NCBI GenBank assembly: GCA_934446475.1
Contig: CAKSEH010000009.1
Coordinates: 10,353-74,352 of the forward strand
DNA length: 64,000 nucleotides
Origin: an uncultured Eubacteriales bacterium
Lineage (GTDB): Bacteria > Bacillota > Clostridia > Oscillospirales > Acutalibacteraceae
Reading direction: 5' to 3'
The notes beneath the pieces were generated by a model, which made no database searches, had not been told where the DNA came from, and worked only from the letters and a program-made list of their open reading frames with translations. The translations under genes were made by a program, and so were the position numbers. Below, piece by piece: positions 19,469-29,215 of the stretch. Position 1 is the first letter of the stretch. Every line of letters starts with the position of its first letter.

Positions 19469-20023
19469 ATGAATGAACTTTTAAAGGCAACAGAGGAAAG
19501 AATGAACAAATCAATATCCGCTCTTGAGAGAGAATATAAGAGCATAAGAGCAGGAAGAGCAAATATTTCTGTTCTTGATAAAATTTCGGTTGACTATTAC
19601 GGCGTTCCCACTCCCATTCAGCAAATGGCGGCGGTATCTGTTCCGGAGGCAAGAACAATAATAATTCAGCCTTGGGACGCAAGTACCCTTAAGGATATCG
19701 AAAGGGCAATTCTCACTTCCGATATCGGAATAAATCCTCAGAATGACGGTAAGGTTATCCGTCTTAACTTCCCGCCTCTCACAGAGGAGCGCAGAAAGGA
19801 AATCGTTAAGGAAGTTCGCAAAAAAGCCGAGGAAGCAAAGGTCGCCGTCCGCAATCAGCGCAGAGAGGCCCTTGATAAATTAAAGGCTCTCAAAAAAGGC
19901 GGTTCGATAACCGAGGACGACGAGGCAAACGGCGAAAAGAAAATACAGAATCTTACCGATAAATTCTGTAAAGAGACCGATTCCTTAGGCGAAGCCAAAG
20001 AAAAGGAAATAATGGAAATATAA
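19469..20023 (+). CDS. frr: Ribosome recycling factor
   Basis: 184 aa with typical RRF sequence (ISVDYYGVPTPIQQMA...LNFPPLTEERRKE); conserved position after pyrH. Confidence 0.93.
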   Translation: MNELLKATEERMNKSISALEREYKSIRAGRANISVLDKISVDYYGVPTPIQQMAAVSVPEARTIIIQPWDASTLKDIERAILTSDIGINPQNDGKVIRLNFPPLTEERRKEIVKEVRKKAEEAKVAVRNQRREALDKLKALKKGGSITEDDEANGEKKIQNLTDKFCKETDSLGEAKEKEIMEI

Positions 20024-20040
20024 CTGTTAGGAAGATTTAT

Positions 20041-20760
20041 TTGCCTTTGTTTAAAAAAAGACCGAGAGATGAACACCGAATCCTGCCGAACCATATCGCA
20101 ATTATTATGGACGGTAACGGAAGATGGGCAAAAAAGCGCTCTCTGCCCCGCTCGGCAGGTCATTCGGCAGGTGCCAAAACTTTTAAGACCATTGCAAGAT
20201 ACTGTAATAAAATAGGCATCAAATACCTTACCGTTTATGCTTTTTCAACCGAAAATTGGAAGAGACCGAAAGCGGAGGTTGACGCACTTATGGATCTCCT
20301 CCGTTCGTATCTTAAGGATACCGCTTCGTTTAAGGAAGAAAATATAAAGCTGAGGTTCATAGGCGAACGTGCGCCGCTTGCGCAGGACCTTAAAGACCTT
20401 ATGGAAAAAGCCGAGGATGACTCTGCCGATGCCACGGGTCTTACGCTGAATCTTGCCGTAAATTACGGAGGAAGAGACGAGATAGTGCACGCTGTGAGGG
20501 CTCTTATAAAGGACGGGGCAGCGCCCGAGGAAATAACGGAACAGTCGATTTCAAAAAGGCTGTATACGGCAGATCAGCCTGATCCCGACTTTATAATAAG
20601 ACCGAGCGGCGAATACAGGCTCTCAAACTTTCTTATCTGGCAGTCTGCATATGCCGAATACTGGTTTTCCGATGTCTTATGGCCTGATTTTAAACCCAAG
20701 CACCTTGAACAGGCTATTGACGATTACAGTAAAAGAAACCGCCGTTTCGGCGGAGTATAG
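20041..20760 (+). CDS. uppS: Isoprenyl transferase (undecaprenyl diphosphate synthase)
   Basis: HIAIIMDGNGRWAKKR and the C-terminal RLSNFLIWQSAYAEYWF motif; TTG start. Confidence 0.9.
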   Translation: MPLFKKRPRDEHRILPNHIAIIMDGNGRWAKKRSLPRSAGHSAGAKTFKTIARYCNKIGIKYLTVYAFSTENWKRPKAEVDALMDLLRSYLKDTASFKEENIKLRFIGERAPLAQDLKDLMEKAEDDSADATGLTLNLAVNYGGRDEIVHAVRALIKDGAAPEEITEQSISKRLYTADQPDPDFIIRPSGEYRLSNFLIWQSAYAEYWFSDVLWPDFKPKHLEQAIDDYSKRNRRFGGV

Positions 20761-20766
20761 CAAGAC

Positions 20767-20802
20767 AGACAAATCGGAGCATATAACGGATTTGTCTATT
20801 TT
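20767..20802 (+). terminator. Intra-operon hairpin with T-run between uppS and cdsA (possible partial terminator)
   Basis: agacaaatc / gatttgtct stem followed by atttta. Confidence 0.35.
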
Positions 20803-20867
20803 AACAATGCAACGCAGAAAAGCCTGCAAATACACAGAAAGACTTATCTGCCAAGGAGCGTTCATTT

Positions 20868-21746
20868 ATGAAAACAAGAATTATTTCGGGTGCAGTGCTG
20901 ATTGCCGTTATTGCGGCAGTGCTGACACTTTCAAAAACAGTCAGTCCGTACTTTATAACGGTTTTTATAGCCGCAGCCGCTGCACTCGCAGCTTTTGAGC
21001 TTATAAGAAATGCCGCAAAGGTATCATCGTCCGTTGCGGTTGCAGGCTCTATGATTTATGTTTTCATTATGATATTTTTGCTTGATAAAAACATATCGTC
21101 AAAAATAATCGGATATTGTTTATTGTCAGATGTAACACTCTCGGGTGCAAAGGGGTTTTTCCTTTCAAACTGGAATTCTTACCCGTTTATTTTAAGCGTC
21201 GTATACTTTGTTTTTGCCGTGTTTACGGTGCTTAAGCTTCATAAGCAGTTTCCGCTTGAAAGAATAGCCGTTTTCAGCTCAATGCCGATCTTCTTAAGTT
21301 ATACTTTCAGCACTCTGGGAAGTATTATAAATCATAAAAACGGAATATACTATTTACTGTTATTGCTTAATTTTTCGGCGGTCTGCGACACGGGCGCATA
21401 TTTTGTCGGAAGCACACTCGGAAAACATAAGCTTTGCCCCGAAATAAGTCCGAAAAAGACAGTGGAGGGTGCGCTCGGCGGCATTGTTTCAAGCGTTGTC
21501 GTCGCATTGATACTTGTATTTGCGTTTTCTCGCACAGAGCATATTGTTTCAACGCTGCTCCTCACAGTGCCTATGTGCATACTCGGTATGTTCGGAGATC
21601 TTTTCGCCTCTGCAATAAAGCGCAGTGCCGGAATAAAAGATTACGGAACGCTTATACCGGGTCACGGAGGTATACTCGACCGTTTCGACAGCATACTTAT
21701 GATAGCTCCTGTTTTGTATATACTTGAAAGCTTCGGGGTAATTTAA
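20868..21746 (+). CDS. cdsA: Phosphatidate cytidylyltransferase
   Basis: Multi-TM protein with the C-terminal signature SAIKRSAGIKDYGTLIPGHGGILDRFDS. Confidence 0.9.
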   Translation: MKTRIISGAVLIAVIAAVLTLSKTVSPYFITVFIAAAAALAAFELIRNAAKVSSSVAVAGSMIYVFIMIFLLDKNISSKIIGYCLLSDVTLSGAKGFFLSNWNSYPFILSVVYFVFAVFTVLKLHKQFPLERIAVFSSMPIFLSYTFSTLGSIINHKNGIYYLLLLLNFSAVCDTGAYFVGSTLGKHKLCPEISPKKTVEGALGGIVSSVVVALILVFAFSRTEHIVSTLLLTVPMCILGMFGDLFASAIKRSAGIKDYGTLIPGHGGILDRFDSILMIAPVLYILESFGVI

Positions 21747-22888
21747 TGAAAGAACTTATAATTTTAGGGTCAACCGGTTCGATAGGAACTCAGGCCTTAG
21801 ATGTCGTAAGGCAAAGAAAAGATATAAAAATAACCGCTCTTGCGGCTTATAAAAACGCAGAGATTATGGAAAAACAGGCAAGAGAATTTTCTCCTCTTGC
21901 CGTTGCTCTTTATGATGAAAATGCAGCCCGTGACCTTAAAATAAGACTTGCCGATACCGATATAAAGGTTTTATCGGGTGAAAGCGGAGTTTTACAGCTT
22001 GCCTCAGGCAGGGGCGACACGGTTTTGAGTGCAATAGTAGGAATTGCCGGACTTCGCCCGACTCTCGCAGCAATTTCGGCGCAAAAAACCATAGCCCTTG
22101 CAAATAAGGAAACCCTTGTAACTGCCGGAGATATAGTAAAACGGAAGTTAAAAGAGCACGGAGTGGCTCTTCTCCCGGTTGACAGCGAACATTCCGCAAT
22201 TTTCCAATCGCTTCAGGGAGCACCGAAAGGCTCTCTCAGACGGATACTGCTTACCGCTTCCGGAGGTCCGTTTTTCAAAAAGACTGCAAAAGAGCTTGAA
22301 AATGTCACGGCGGCGGATGCCTTAAAGCATCCGAATTGGTCTATGGGAGCAAAAATAACCGTTGACTCTGCCACTCTTATGAATAAAGGGCTTGAGGTCA
22401 TAGAAGCTGTTCATCTTTTTGATGTTAAGCCCGATAATATCGAAGTTCTTGTCCACAGACAGAGCATACTTCATTCTGCCGTTGAATTAAGCGACGGTGC
22501 GGTTATAGCGCAACTAGGAACGCCGGATATGCGTCTGCCGATACAGTATGCCCTTACCTATCCCGAAAGGGGCGAATGCTTTGAAAGACTTGACCTTTTC
22601 AAAACAGGCTCTCTCACATTCGAAAAGCCCGATACAGATACCTTCAAATGTCTTCCCGTCTGCATAAATGCAATAAAGCTCGGCGGGCTTTGTCCCGCAT
22701 TTATAAACGGATCCAACGAAGAAGCTGTCAGGCTCTTTCTTGATAATAAAATCAAATTTATTAAGATAGGTGAACTTATGGAAGAAGCTCTCTGCCGTGC
22801 GCCCAAAGTAAAAACCTTTGATGTTGACGATATATTTGAAGCCGACAAAGAGGCAAGGGCGTTTGTCAGAAGTATTTCTCAGGTGTGA
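21746..22888 (+). CDS. dxr: 1-deoxy-D-xylulose 5-phosphate reductoisomerase
   Basis: N-terminal ILGSTGSIGTQALDV, plus LANKETLV and DSEHSAIFQ motifs. Confidence 0.93.
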   Translation: MKELIILGSTGSIGTQALDVVRQRKDIKITALAAYKNAEIMEKQAREFSPLAVALYDENAARDLKIRLADTDIKVLSGESGVLQLASGRGDTVLSAIVGIAGLRPTLAAISAQKTIALANKETLVTAGDIVKRKLKEHGVALLPVDSEHSAIFQSLQGAPKGSLRRILLTASGGPFFKKTAKELENVTAADALKHPNWSMGAKITVDSATLMNKGLEVIEAVHLFDVKPDNIEVLVHRQSILHSAVELSDGAVIAQLGTPDMRLPIQYALTYPERGECFERLDLFKTGSLTFEKPDTDTFKCLPVCINAIKLGGLCPAFINGSNEEAVRLFLDNKIKFIKIGELMEEALCRAPKVKTFDVDDIFEADKEARAFVRSISQV

Positions 22889-23934
22889 TGATTATGAATG
22901 TATGGAACAATATCTGGCCGTATCTGATAGCGGTGCTTTTATTTTTAGTGCTGATAATAATTCACGAATTCGGTCATTTTATCGCCGCAAAGCTGCTTCG
23001 GGTAAGAGTGAACGAATTTGCGGTGGGGTTCGGTCCGAAACTCTTTTCAAAAAAATTCGGAGAGACCAAATACAGTTTGAACCTTATCCCGTTAGGCGGA
23101 TACTGCGCTATGGAGGGTGAGGACGAAACAAGCGGAGATGACAGGGCATTCTGCAACAAAAAGCCGTGGCGCCGATTTATAATCGTTGCTATGGGAGCAA
23201 TTTTCAATCTTTTGCTCGGTCTTATTTTAGTGGCGATTGCAATAGCTCCGCAAAAATATTTTTTAACAACAAAAGTATCACAGTTTGCCGATAACGCAGT
23301 TTCGATAAATTACGGTCTTAAAGAAAACGACAGGATAGTTGCGGTTGACGGAAGAAAAATCTATTCCGATTATGATTTAAGCTATGCTTTTACAAATGTT
23401 AAGGACGGTAAAATAGATATAACCGTTGAACGGGACGGCGAGAAAAAAGAGCTTAAAAATGTTAAATTTGATACTGCCGAGGCGGACGGTATCTCATATC
23501 TTAAAGTTGATTTTTATGTTTATGCCGAAAGCAAAACATTTCTTCATTACATTAAAAACATATTTTTAACGGCGTTTTCCTACTGCGCCGTCATTTGGCG
23601 TTCGCTTATCGACCTTATAAGCGGAAAGTACGGTATAAGTGCAGTTTCGGGACCTGTGGGACTGACGGCTGCAATAGGCAGCGTTGCAAAACAAAATCTT
23701 ATGTCTCTTATACCGATAATGGCTCTTATTTCGATAAACCTGGGGTTGTTTAACCTTTTCCCCCTCCCCGCTCTCGACGGCGGCAGACTTTTATTTATTC
23801 TGATCGAAATGATATTTAAAAAGCCGGTTCCTCAGAAATACGAATCCGCCGTTCACGCTGCCGGTTTTATAATTCTGCTCGGATTTATGCTGCTTGTAAC
23901 AGCAAAGGATATATGGACTCTTATATCAGGGTGA
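22888..23934 (+). CDS. rseP: RIP (site-2) zinc metalloprotease
   Basis: HEFGH near the N-terminus, a central PDZ-like segment and the C-terminal NLFPLPALDGG motif. The start is ambiguous (GTG 22885 or ATG 22888/22894). Confidence 0.88.
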   Translation: MIMNVWNNIWPYLIAVLLFLVLIIIHEFGHFIAAKLLRVRVNEFAVGFGPKLFSKKFGETKYSLNLIPLGGYCAMEGEDETSGDDRAFCNKKPWRRFIIVAMGAIFNLLLGLILVAIAIAPQKYFLTTKVSQFADNAVSINYGLKENDRIVAVDGRKIYSDYDLSYAFTNVKDGKIDITVERDGEKKELKNVKFDTAEADGISYLKVDFYVYAESKTFLHYIKNIFLTAFSYCAVIWRSLIDLISGKYGISAVSGPVGLTAAIGSVAKQNLMSLIPIMALISINLGLFNLFPLPALDGGRLLFILIEMIFKKPVPQKYESAVHAAGFIILLGFMLLVTAKDIWTLISG

Positions 23935-23940
23935 TGTTTA

Positions 23941-24996
23941 ATGTTTACTAATAAGGAAACAAAAAGAGTTACGGTTAAAAATGTTGCCGTAGGAGCCGGA
24001 GCTCCTATAAGCATTCAGTCTATGCTGAATGTACCTGCGCATAATACAGACGGCAATATAAAACAGGCGTTAAACCTTAAAAATGCGGGTTGTGAAATTC
24101 TGCGTATTGCAGTACCCGACAGAGAAGCCGTAAAAACAGTTGCTGCAATAAAGGAAAATGTGGATATTCCGCTTGTTGCCGACATACATTTTGACTGGCG
24201 CCTTGCAATAGAAAGTATAGAGGCAGGCGTTGATAAGGTCAGAATAAATCCCGGAAACATAGGAAGCGATGAACACATAAAAGCCGTTGCAAAAGCGGCG
24301 AACGAAAAAAACATTCCGATAAGAATAGGCGTAAATTCAGGTTCGCTTGAGAAACATATACTCGAAAAATACGGTTCTCCTACGCCTGAAGCAATGGTTG
24401 AAAGCGGTCTTTACCATATTTCGCTTTTAAACAGGTTTGATTTCGATAATATTGTGCTCTCCCTTAAATCGTCGGATGTTAGGTGTATGTATAATGCATA
24501 TGTTTTAGCAGCGCAAAGCTGTCCTTATCCGTTGCACCTCGGTGTAACAGAAGCCGGAACCAAGAATATCGGAACCGTTAAGTCGGCTGCCGGCATAGGC
24601 GGACTGCTTCTGAGGAATATAGGAGATACCATAAGAATTTCACTTACCGATGACCCTGTAAATGAGGTTATAGCTGCAAAAGAACTGCTCTCGGCATTAG
24701 GGCTCAGAGACGGCGGTGTGAAATTTGTATCCTGTCCAACCTGCGGCAGGACCTCAATAGACCTTATAAATATTGCCAAAAAGGCGGAAGAGCGCTTTAA
24801 AGGACTTAATAAGAACATTACAGTTGCAGTGATGGGATGTGTTGTAAACGGTCCCGGAGAGGCAAGAGAAGCGGATATAGGAATTGCAGGCGGAAACGGC
24901 TGCGGAATTGTTTTCAAAAACGGCAAAATACTGCATAAAAACATCCTCGAAGAAAAGCTTATCGATGTTTTGGCAGAGGAAATAGAAAAAATGTAA
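23941..24996 (+). CDS. ispG: 4-hydroxy-3-methylbut-2-en-1-yl diphosphate synthase
   Basis: 351 aa with RISLT, CPTCGR and GCVVNGPGE motifs; conserved neighbourhood. Confidence 0.92.
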   Translation: MFTNKETKRVTVKNVAVGAGAPISIQSMLNVPAHNTDGNIKQALNLKNAGCEILRIAVPDREAVKTVAAIKENVDIPLVADIHFDWRLAIESIEAGVDKVRINPGNIGSDEHIKAVAKAANEKNIPIRIGVNSGSLEKHILEKYGSPTPEAMVESGLYHISLLNRFDFDNIVLSLKSSDVRCMYNAYVLAAQSCPYPLHLGVTEAGTKNIGTVKSAAGIGGLLLRNIGDTIRISLTDDPVNEVIAAKELLSALGLRDGGVKFVSCPTCGRTSIDLINIAKKAEERFKGLNKNITVAVMGCVVNGPGEAREADIGIAGGNGCGIVFKNGKILHKNILEEKLIDVLAEEIEKM

Positions 24997-25014
24997 GTGG
25001 GTTGTAAATAAAGG

Positions 25015-28000
25015 ATGTATTCATTCAGCGATCTTTTCGGTACATATGTAAACAGTGAAATATGCAGCTTGTTCGAAGGCGTTTTGGTTTCTTCCTGCGA
25101 GCTTGACAGTGAGCTTCGCTCGCTTGATATAAAATTGATTTGCGCATCCTATATAGACAGGAGAACCGCAAATTCTTTCAAAGATCAGCTCAAATCTGCT
25201 CTTAATCTGAACAATATATTGCTCTCTCTCAAATTCAATAAAGCAGCTCTCTGCGAACAGGCTCTTATAGACGCTGCAGACGAGCTGAAAATCAAAAAAG
25301 CTGCCGTCAACGGTTATTTTAACGGCGCAGACTACTGCATTTCCGGTGAAAATATCTCCGTCGATTTAAAGCACGGGGGACTTGAAAGCATTGTTGCCTG
25401 CGGTTTTGATAACGAATTAAAGCTTTACATAAAAGAGCATTTTGACCGTGATATAACAGTAAGCTTTACAGGACAAACGGAAAATGCCGAAATAGAGTTG
25501 CCGCCTCTTCCCGAAGCGCCGCCGGAAATGCCAGACTCTCTGCCGTTTCCCGTCACAAGCTCTGAGAATAAACCGAGCAGCTCTGTAAAAGCACCTCTGC
25601 CAAAGAAACAGAATAAAACAGTAAATATAGATTTTTCAAAACCGCCGCAAGACGGTCTGCCCGTGTATCTTGAGAGTGCAGAACTTTTTTACGGCAGAAA
25701 AATCGATACGGATGTTATCAAACTTTCTAAAATCACTCCCCCGCAGGACGAAAACGAATCCGTTAAAATATCTGCGTGGGGCGAGGTATTCGGTTCAAGC
25801 ATTGAACAAAAAAACACCAAGCGTGGCGGCAAAATGGTTGTTGCCAAATTCTATTTCAGTGACGGTTCGAATTCCTTTGCGGCAACGCTTAAAAAATTTT
25901 TTGATTCAAAATACAGCAAGAATATGGATGAGGACGCACGAAAATTCAAAAACTCTCTGAAGCCGTTAAGCGACGGTGCTGTTCTTGTAATAAACGGTGA
26001 TTACGGATATGACAGTTGGACAAGAGAATTTGTGGTTTCCGTAACAGCCCTTGCAACCGTTAAAAAATACGAAGAAACCGACGATTATGACGGTCCTAAG
26101 AGAACCGAACTCCACTGCCACACCAATATGTCTGCGAAGGACGCCGTTTCAAGCGCCGGAGACATCATTTCCCTTGCCCATAAATGGGGGCACCGTTCGA
26201 TCGCAATTACCGACCACGGCGTTGTTCAGGCATACCCCGCAGTTGCGGCGGCAGTATCAAAGATAAGAAAATCCGATCCGGAATTCAAGGCTATATACGG
26301 CGTTGAGAGCTATTTTGTCGATGACCTGCGCCACGATATTTCCGGAATGAATTCAAAGCAAATAGCAAAAATAAGAAATCATCAGATAATTCTTGTTAAA
26401 AATCTTACAGGTCTTAAAAATCTTTATAAGCTTGTATCTTTTGCCCATATTGATGATTTTCACGGTAAGCCCATAACTCTCAGAAGCAAGCTTGACAAAC
26501 ACAGGGAAGGCCTTATAATAGGCTCCGCTTGTGAACAGGGAGAACTCTATAAAGCCGTTGTCGACGGTGCTTCCGATGAAGAGCTTATAAAAATAGCCGA
26601 ATACTATGATTATCTTGAAATACAGCCGCTCGGCAATAACCGGTTTATGGTAAGGGAGTCTTCTTTGCCGGATAAGACTGATAAAAAAACGGGTCAGGTA
26701 ATAAAAAACCGATTTAAAGCAGTAAAAAATCTAGATGTTATAAAAGATTTTAACCGTAAAATCGTTGAAATAGCCGATAAACTCAGTAAACCCGTTGTTG
26801 CAACCGGAGATGTGCACTTCCTCAGAAAAGAGGACGGTATTATAAGACAGATAGTTATGGCGGGTCAGGGTTTTGACGATATTGAAAATCAGGCTCCGCT
26901 CTATCTCAAAACAACAAAAGAAATGCTTTCCGATTTTGATTATTTCGGTGAAAGAGCCAAAGAATTTGTTATAGATAATCCGGCTAAAATCGCAGATATG
27001 GTAAGCCCTGATGTTATCCCCGTTCCGGAAGGGAACTATCCGCCCGTTATTGAGGGGTCGGACGATATGCTCAGGAACATATGCTGGGAAAACGCCCACA
27101 GGATATACGGAGATCCCTTGCCGGATATAGTTGAGAAGCGTCTTAATAAAGAGCTTAATTCGATAATAAACAACGGATTTTCAATAATGTATATCTCGGC
27201 TCAGAAACTTGTTGCTTACAGCGAGGAAAAAGGGTATCTCGTAGGTTCGAGAGGCTCGGTAGGCTCGTCATTTGTTGCCACAATGGCGGGAATTTCCGAG
27301 GTTAATCCCCTGCCTCCGCATTATGTTTGCCCCAATTGCAGACACAGTGAATTTTTCACTAAGGGCGAAGTGGGATCAGGTTTTGACTTAAAAGAAAAAA
27401 ATTGTCCGGTTTGCGGAACACCTTACGACAGAAACGGTCACGACATTCCGTTTGAAACATTCCTCGGCTTTAAGGGTGATAAAGTCCCTGATATTGACCT
27501 TAATTTCTCGGATGAAGTTCAGAATGATGTTCAGAAATTCACCGAAACGCTTTTCGGAAAAGAAAATGTTTACAAAGCAGGAACCATATCGACGATAGCC
27601 GAAAAGACGGCATTCGGCTTTGCAAAAGCGTATGCCGAAAAAATGAATGTAACACTCAGTCAGCCCGAGCTTAACCGGCTTGCAGGCAAGGTTGAATCCT
27701 CGAAGGTCAAAACGACCACCGGTCAGCATCCTGCCGGAATGATAATAGTTCCGAGGGGTATGACGATATATGACTTCTGTCCCGTTCAACATCCGGCAGA
27801 CGATGTTAATTCCGATATTATAACAACTCACTTTGATTTCCATTCTATCCACGATACTATTTTAAAACTCGACGAGCTCGGGCACGTTGTGCCTACGACA
27901 TATAAATATCTCGAAGAATACTCGGGTATTCCGGTAACAAAGGTTTCTATGAGTGACCCCGATGTTTACAGCCTTTTCACCTCCCCTGCGGCTCTCGGAG

Positions 28001-28938
28001 TAACCGCAGAGGATATCGACTCTAAAACCGGCACTCTTTCGCTTCCTGAGTTCGGAACAAGAAACACAAGAGATATGCTTATGGACTGCAAACCTCAGAA
28101 TTTTTCCGATTTATTGCAGATCTCGGGTCTTTCACACGGAACAGGAGTTTGGCACGGAAATGCTAAAGATCTTATCGACAACGGAATATGCACAATTTCA
28201 AGCGTTATAGGAACCCGTGACAACATAATGGTCTATCTTATCCATCAGGGAATGGAGGAAGGCAGAGCATTTAAGATAACCGAAACCGTGCGTAAGGGAT
28301 TATATGCAAAAGGCAAAATAACCGAAGAAGACTGGCTCGGTATGGCTGAAGATATGCGCAAAGTTGATGTCCCCGAATGGTATATAGACAGCTGCAAAAA
28401 AATCGAGTATATGTTCCCCAAAGCTCACGCTGCCGCCTATGTTATTGCTGCATTAAGACTTGCCTGGTATAAGGTTCATAAGCCGCTTGAGTTTTACTGC
28501 GCTTACTTTACCGCAAGACCCGAAGATGTTGATGTAAAAACAATTATGGGCGGTCTCTCTCAGGTAAGAAAGGTTATGTATGAAATAAAGGCTAAGGGCA
28601 AGGAAGCAGCCAAAAAGGAAATAGATATCTATAATAACCTTATGATATTCAATGAGATGATGTCAAGAGGGATAGAGGTTCTCCCTATAGACATTCGGCA
28701 TTCAAAAGCTATGCAGTATGTACCCGAAAACGGAAAAATGAGGCTGCCGTTCGGAGCGCTTTCGGGAGTGGGTGAAAAAGCGGCTTACTCTATTTACGAT
28801 GCTGCAGTCAGAGGCAACTTTATTTCAAGGGAAGACTTTGCTCTTGAAGCGGGCGTCTCAAAAACTATTATAAAAGACCTTGCGGATCTCGGCGCAATGG
28901 CAGACTTACCGGACACAAATCAAATATCACTGTTTTAA
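25015..28938 (+). CDS. polC: PolC-type DNA polymerase III alpha subunit, apparently without the internal 3'-5' exonuclease domain
   Basis: 1307 aa, collinear with Bacillus PolC as I remember it: PHP (ELHCHTNMSAKDA), the Zn module (PPHYVCPNCRHSEFF...CPVCGTPY), FETFLGFKGDKVPDIDLNFS, PKAHAAAYV and the C-terminal NQISLF. Only about 20 aa separate ...YFVDD from HQIILVKNLTGLKNLYKL, where Bacillus PolC carries a roughly 190-aa DnaQ-like insert. Confidence 0.9.
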   Translation: MYSFSDLFGTYVNSEICSLFEGVLVSSCELDSELRSLDIKLICASYIDRRTANSFKDQLKSALNLNNILLSLKFNKAALCEQALIDAADELKIKKAAVNGYFNGADYCISGENISVDLKHGGLESIVACGFDNELKLYIKEHFDRDITVSFTGQTENAEIELPPLPEAPPEMPDSLPFPVTSSENKPSSSVKAPLPKKQNKTVNIDFSKPPQDGLPVYLESAELFYGRKIDTDVIKLSKITPPQDENESVKISAWGEVFGSSIEQKNTKRGGKMVVAKFYFSDGSNSFAATLKKFFDSKYSKNMDEDARKFKNSLKPLSDGAVLVINGDYGYDSWTREFVVSVTALATVKKYEETDDYDGPKRTELHCHTNMSAKDAVSSAGDIISLAHKWGHRSIAITDHGVVQAYPAVAAAVSKIRKSDPEFKAIYGVESYFVDDLRHDISGMNSKQIAKIRNHQIILVKNLTGLKNLYKLVSFAHIDDFHGKPITLRSKLDKHREGLIIGSACEQGELYKAVVDGASDEELIKIAEYYDYLEIQPLGNNRFMVRESSLPDKTDKKTGQVIKNRFKAVKNLDVIKDFNRKIVEIADKLSKPVVATGDVHFLRKEDGIIRQIVMAGQGFDDIENQAPLYLKTTKEMLSDFDYFGERAKEFVIDNPAKIADMVSPDVIPVPEGNYPPVIEGSDDMLRNICWENAHRIYGDPLPDIVEKRLNKELNSIINNGFSIMYISAQKLVAYSEEKGYLVGSRGSVGSSFVATMAGISEVNPLPPHYVCPNCRHSEFFTKGEVGSGFDLKEKNCPVCGTPYDRNGHDIPFETFLGFKGDKVPDIDLNFSDEVQNDVQKFTETLFGKENVYKAGTISTIAEKTAFGFAKAYAEKMNVTLSQPELNRLAGKVESSKVKTTTGQHPAGMIIVPRGMTIYDFCPVQHPADDVNSDIITTHFDFHSIHDTILKLDELGHVVPTTYKYLEEYSGIPVTKVSMSDPDVYSLFTSPAALGVTAEDIDSKTGTLSLPEFGTRNTRDMLMDCKPQNFSDLLQISGLSHGTGVWHGNAKDLIDNGICTISSVIGTRDNIMVYLIHQGMEEGRAFKITETVRKGLYAKGKITEEDWLGMAEDMRKVDVPEWYIDSCKKIEYMFPKAHAAAYVIAALRLAWYKVHKPLEFYCAYFTARPEDVDVKTIMGGLSQVRKVMYEIKAKGKEAAKKEIDIYNNLMIFNEMMSRGIEVLPIDIRHSKAMQYVPENGKMRLPFGALSGVGEKAAYSIYDAAVRGNFISREDFALEAGVSKTIIKDLADLGAMADLPDTNQISLF

Positions 28939-29000
28939 GAACCGTTACTTAAACTTTAAAAAGATTCTCCCCTCACCGAGCAAGCGGGAATAAGGTCGGA

Positions 29001-29056
29001 CCCCTTTAAGCAGCGTACTTTTACTATCCCGCTTAAAGGGGAGAATTATTTTTTGA
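29001..29056 (+). terminator. Terminator after polC
   Basis: cccctttaagc ... gcttaaagggg (11-bp stem) followed by agaattatttttt. Confidence 0.6.
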
Positions 29057-29072
29057 TTTTTTGAAAAAATGC

Positions 29073-29101
29073 TTGCATTTTTTGTTTCGTTGTGATATAA
29101 T
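29073..29101 (+). promoter_or_regulatory. Promoter of the initiator tRNA gene
   Basis: TTGCAT, 17-nt spacer ending in tgtga, TATAAT (29096-29101), 32 nt before the tRNA 5' end. Confidence 0.65.
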
Positions 29102-29133
29102 AATTTTACGCCTTAAGGGCAAAAGCTTAATAT

Positions 29134-29209
<76 letters not shown>

Positions 29210-29215
29210 GTGAAT

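Noticed and set aside
27388-27852. 154-aa minus-strand ORF inside polC, and 122-aa ORF at 26731..27099
   Set aside because: They are antisense to the highly conserved PolC polymerase core, so they are shadow ORFs.
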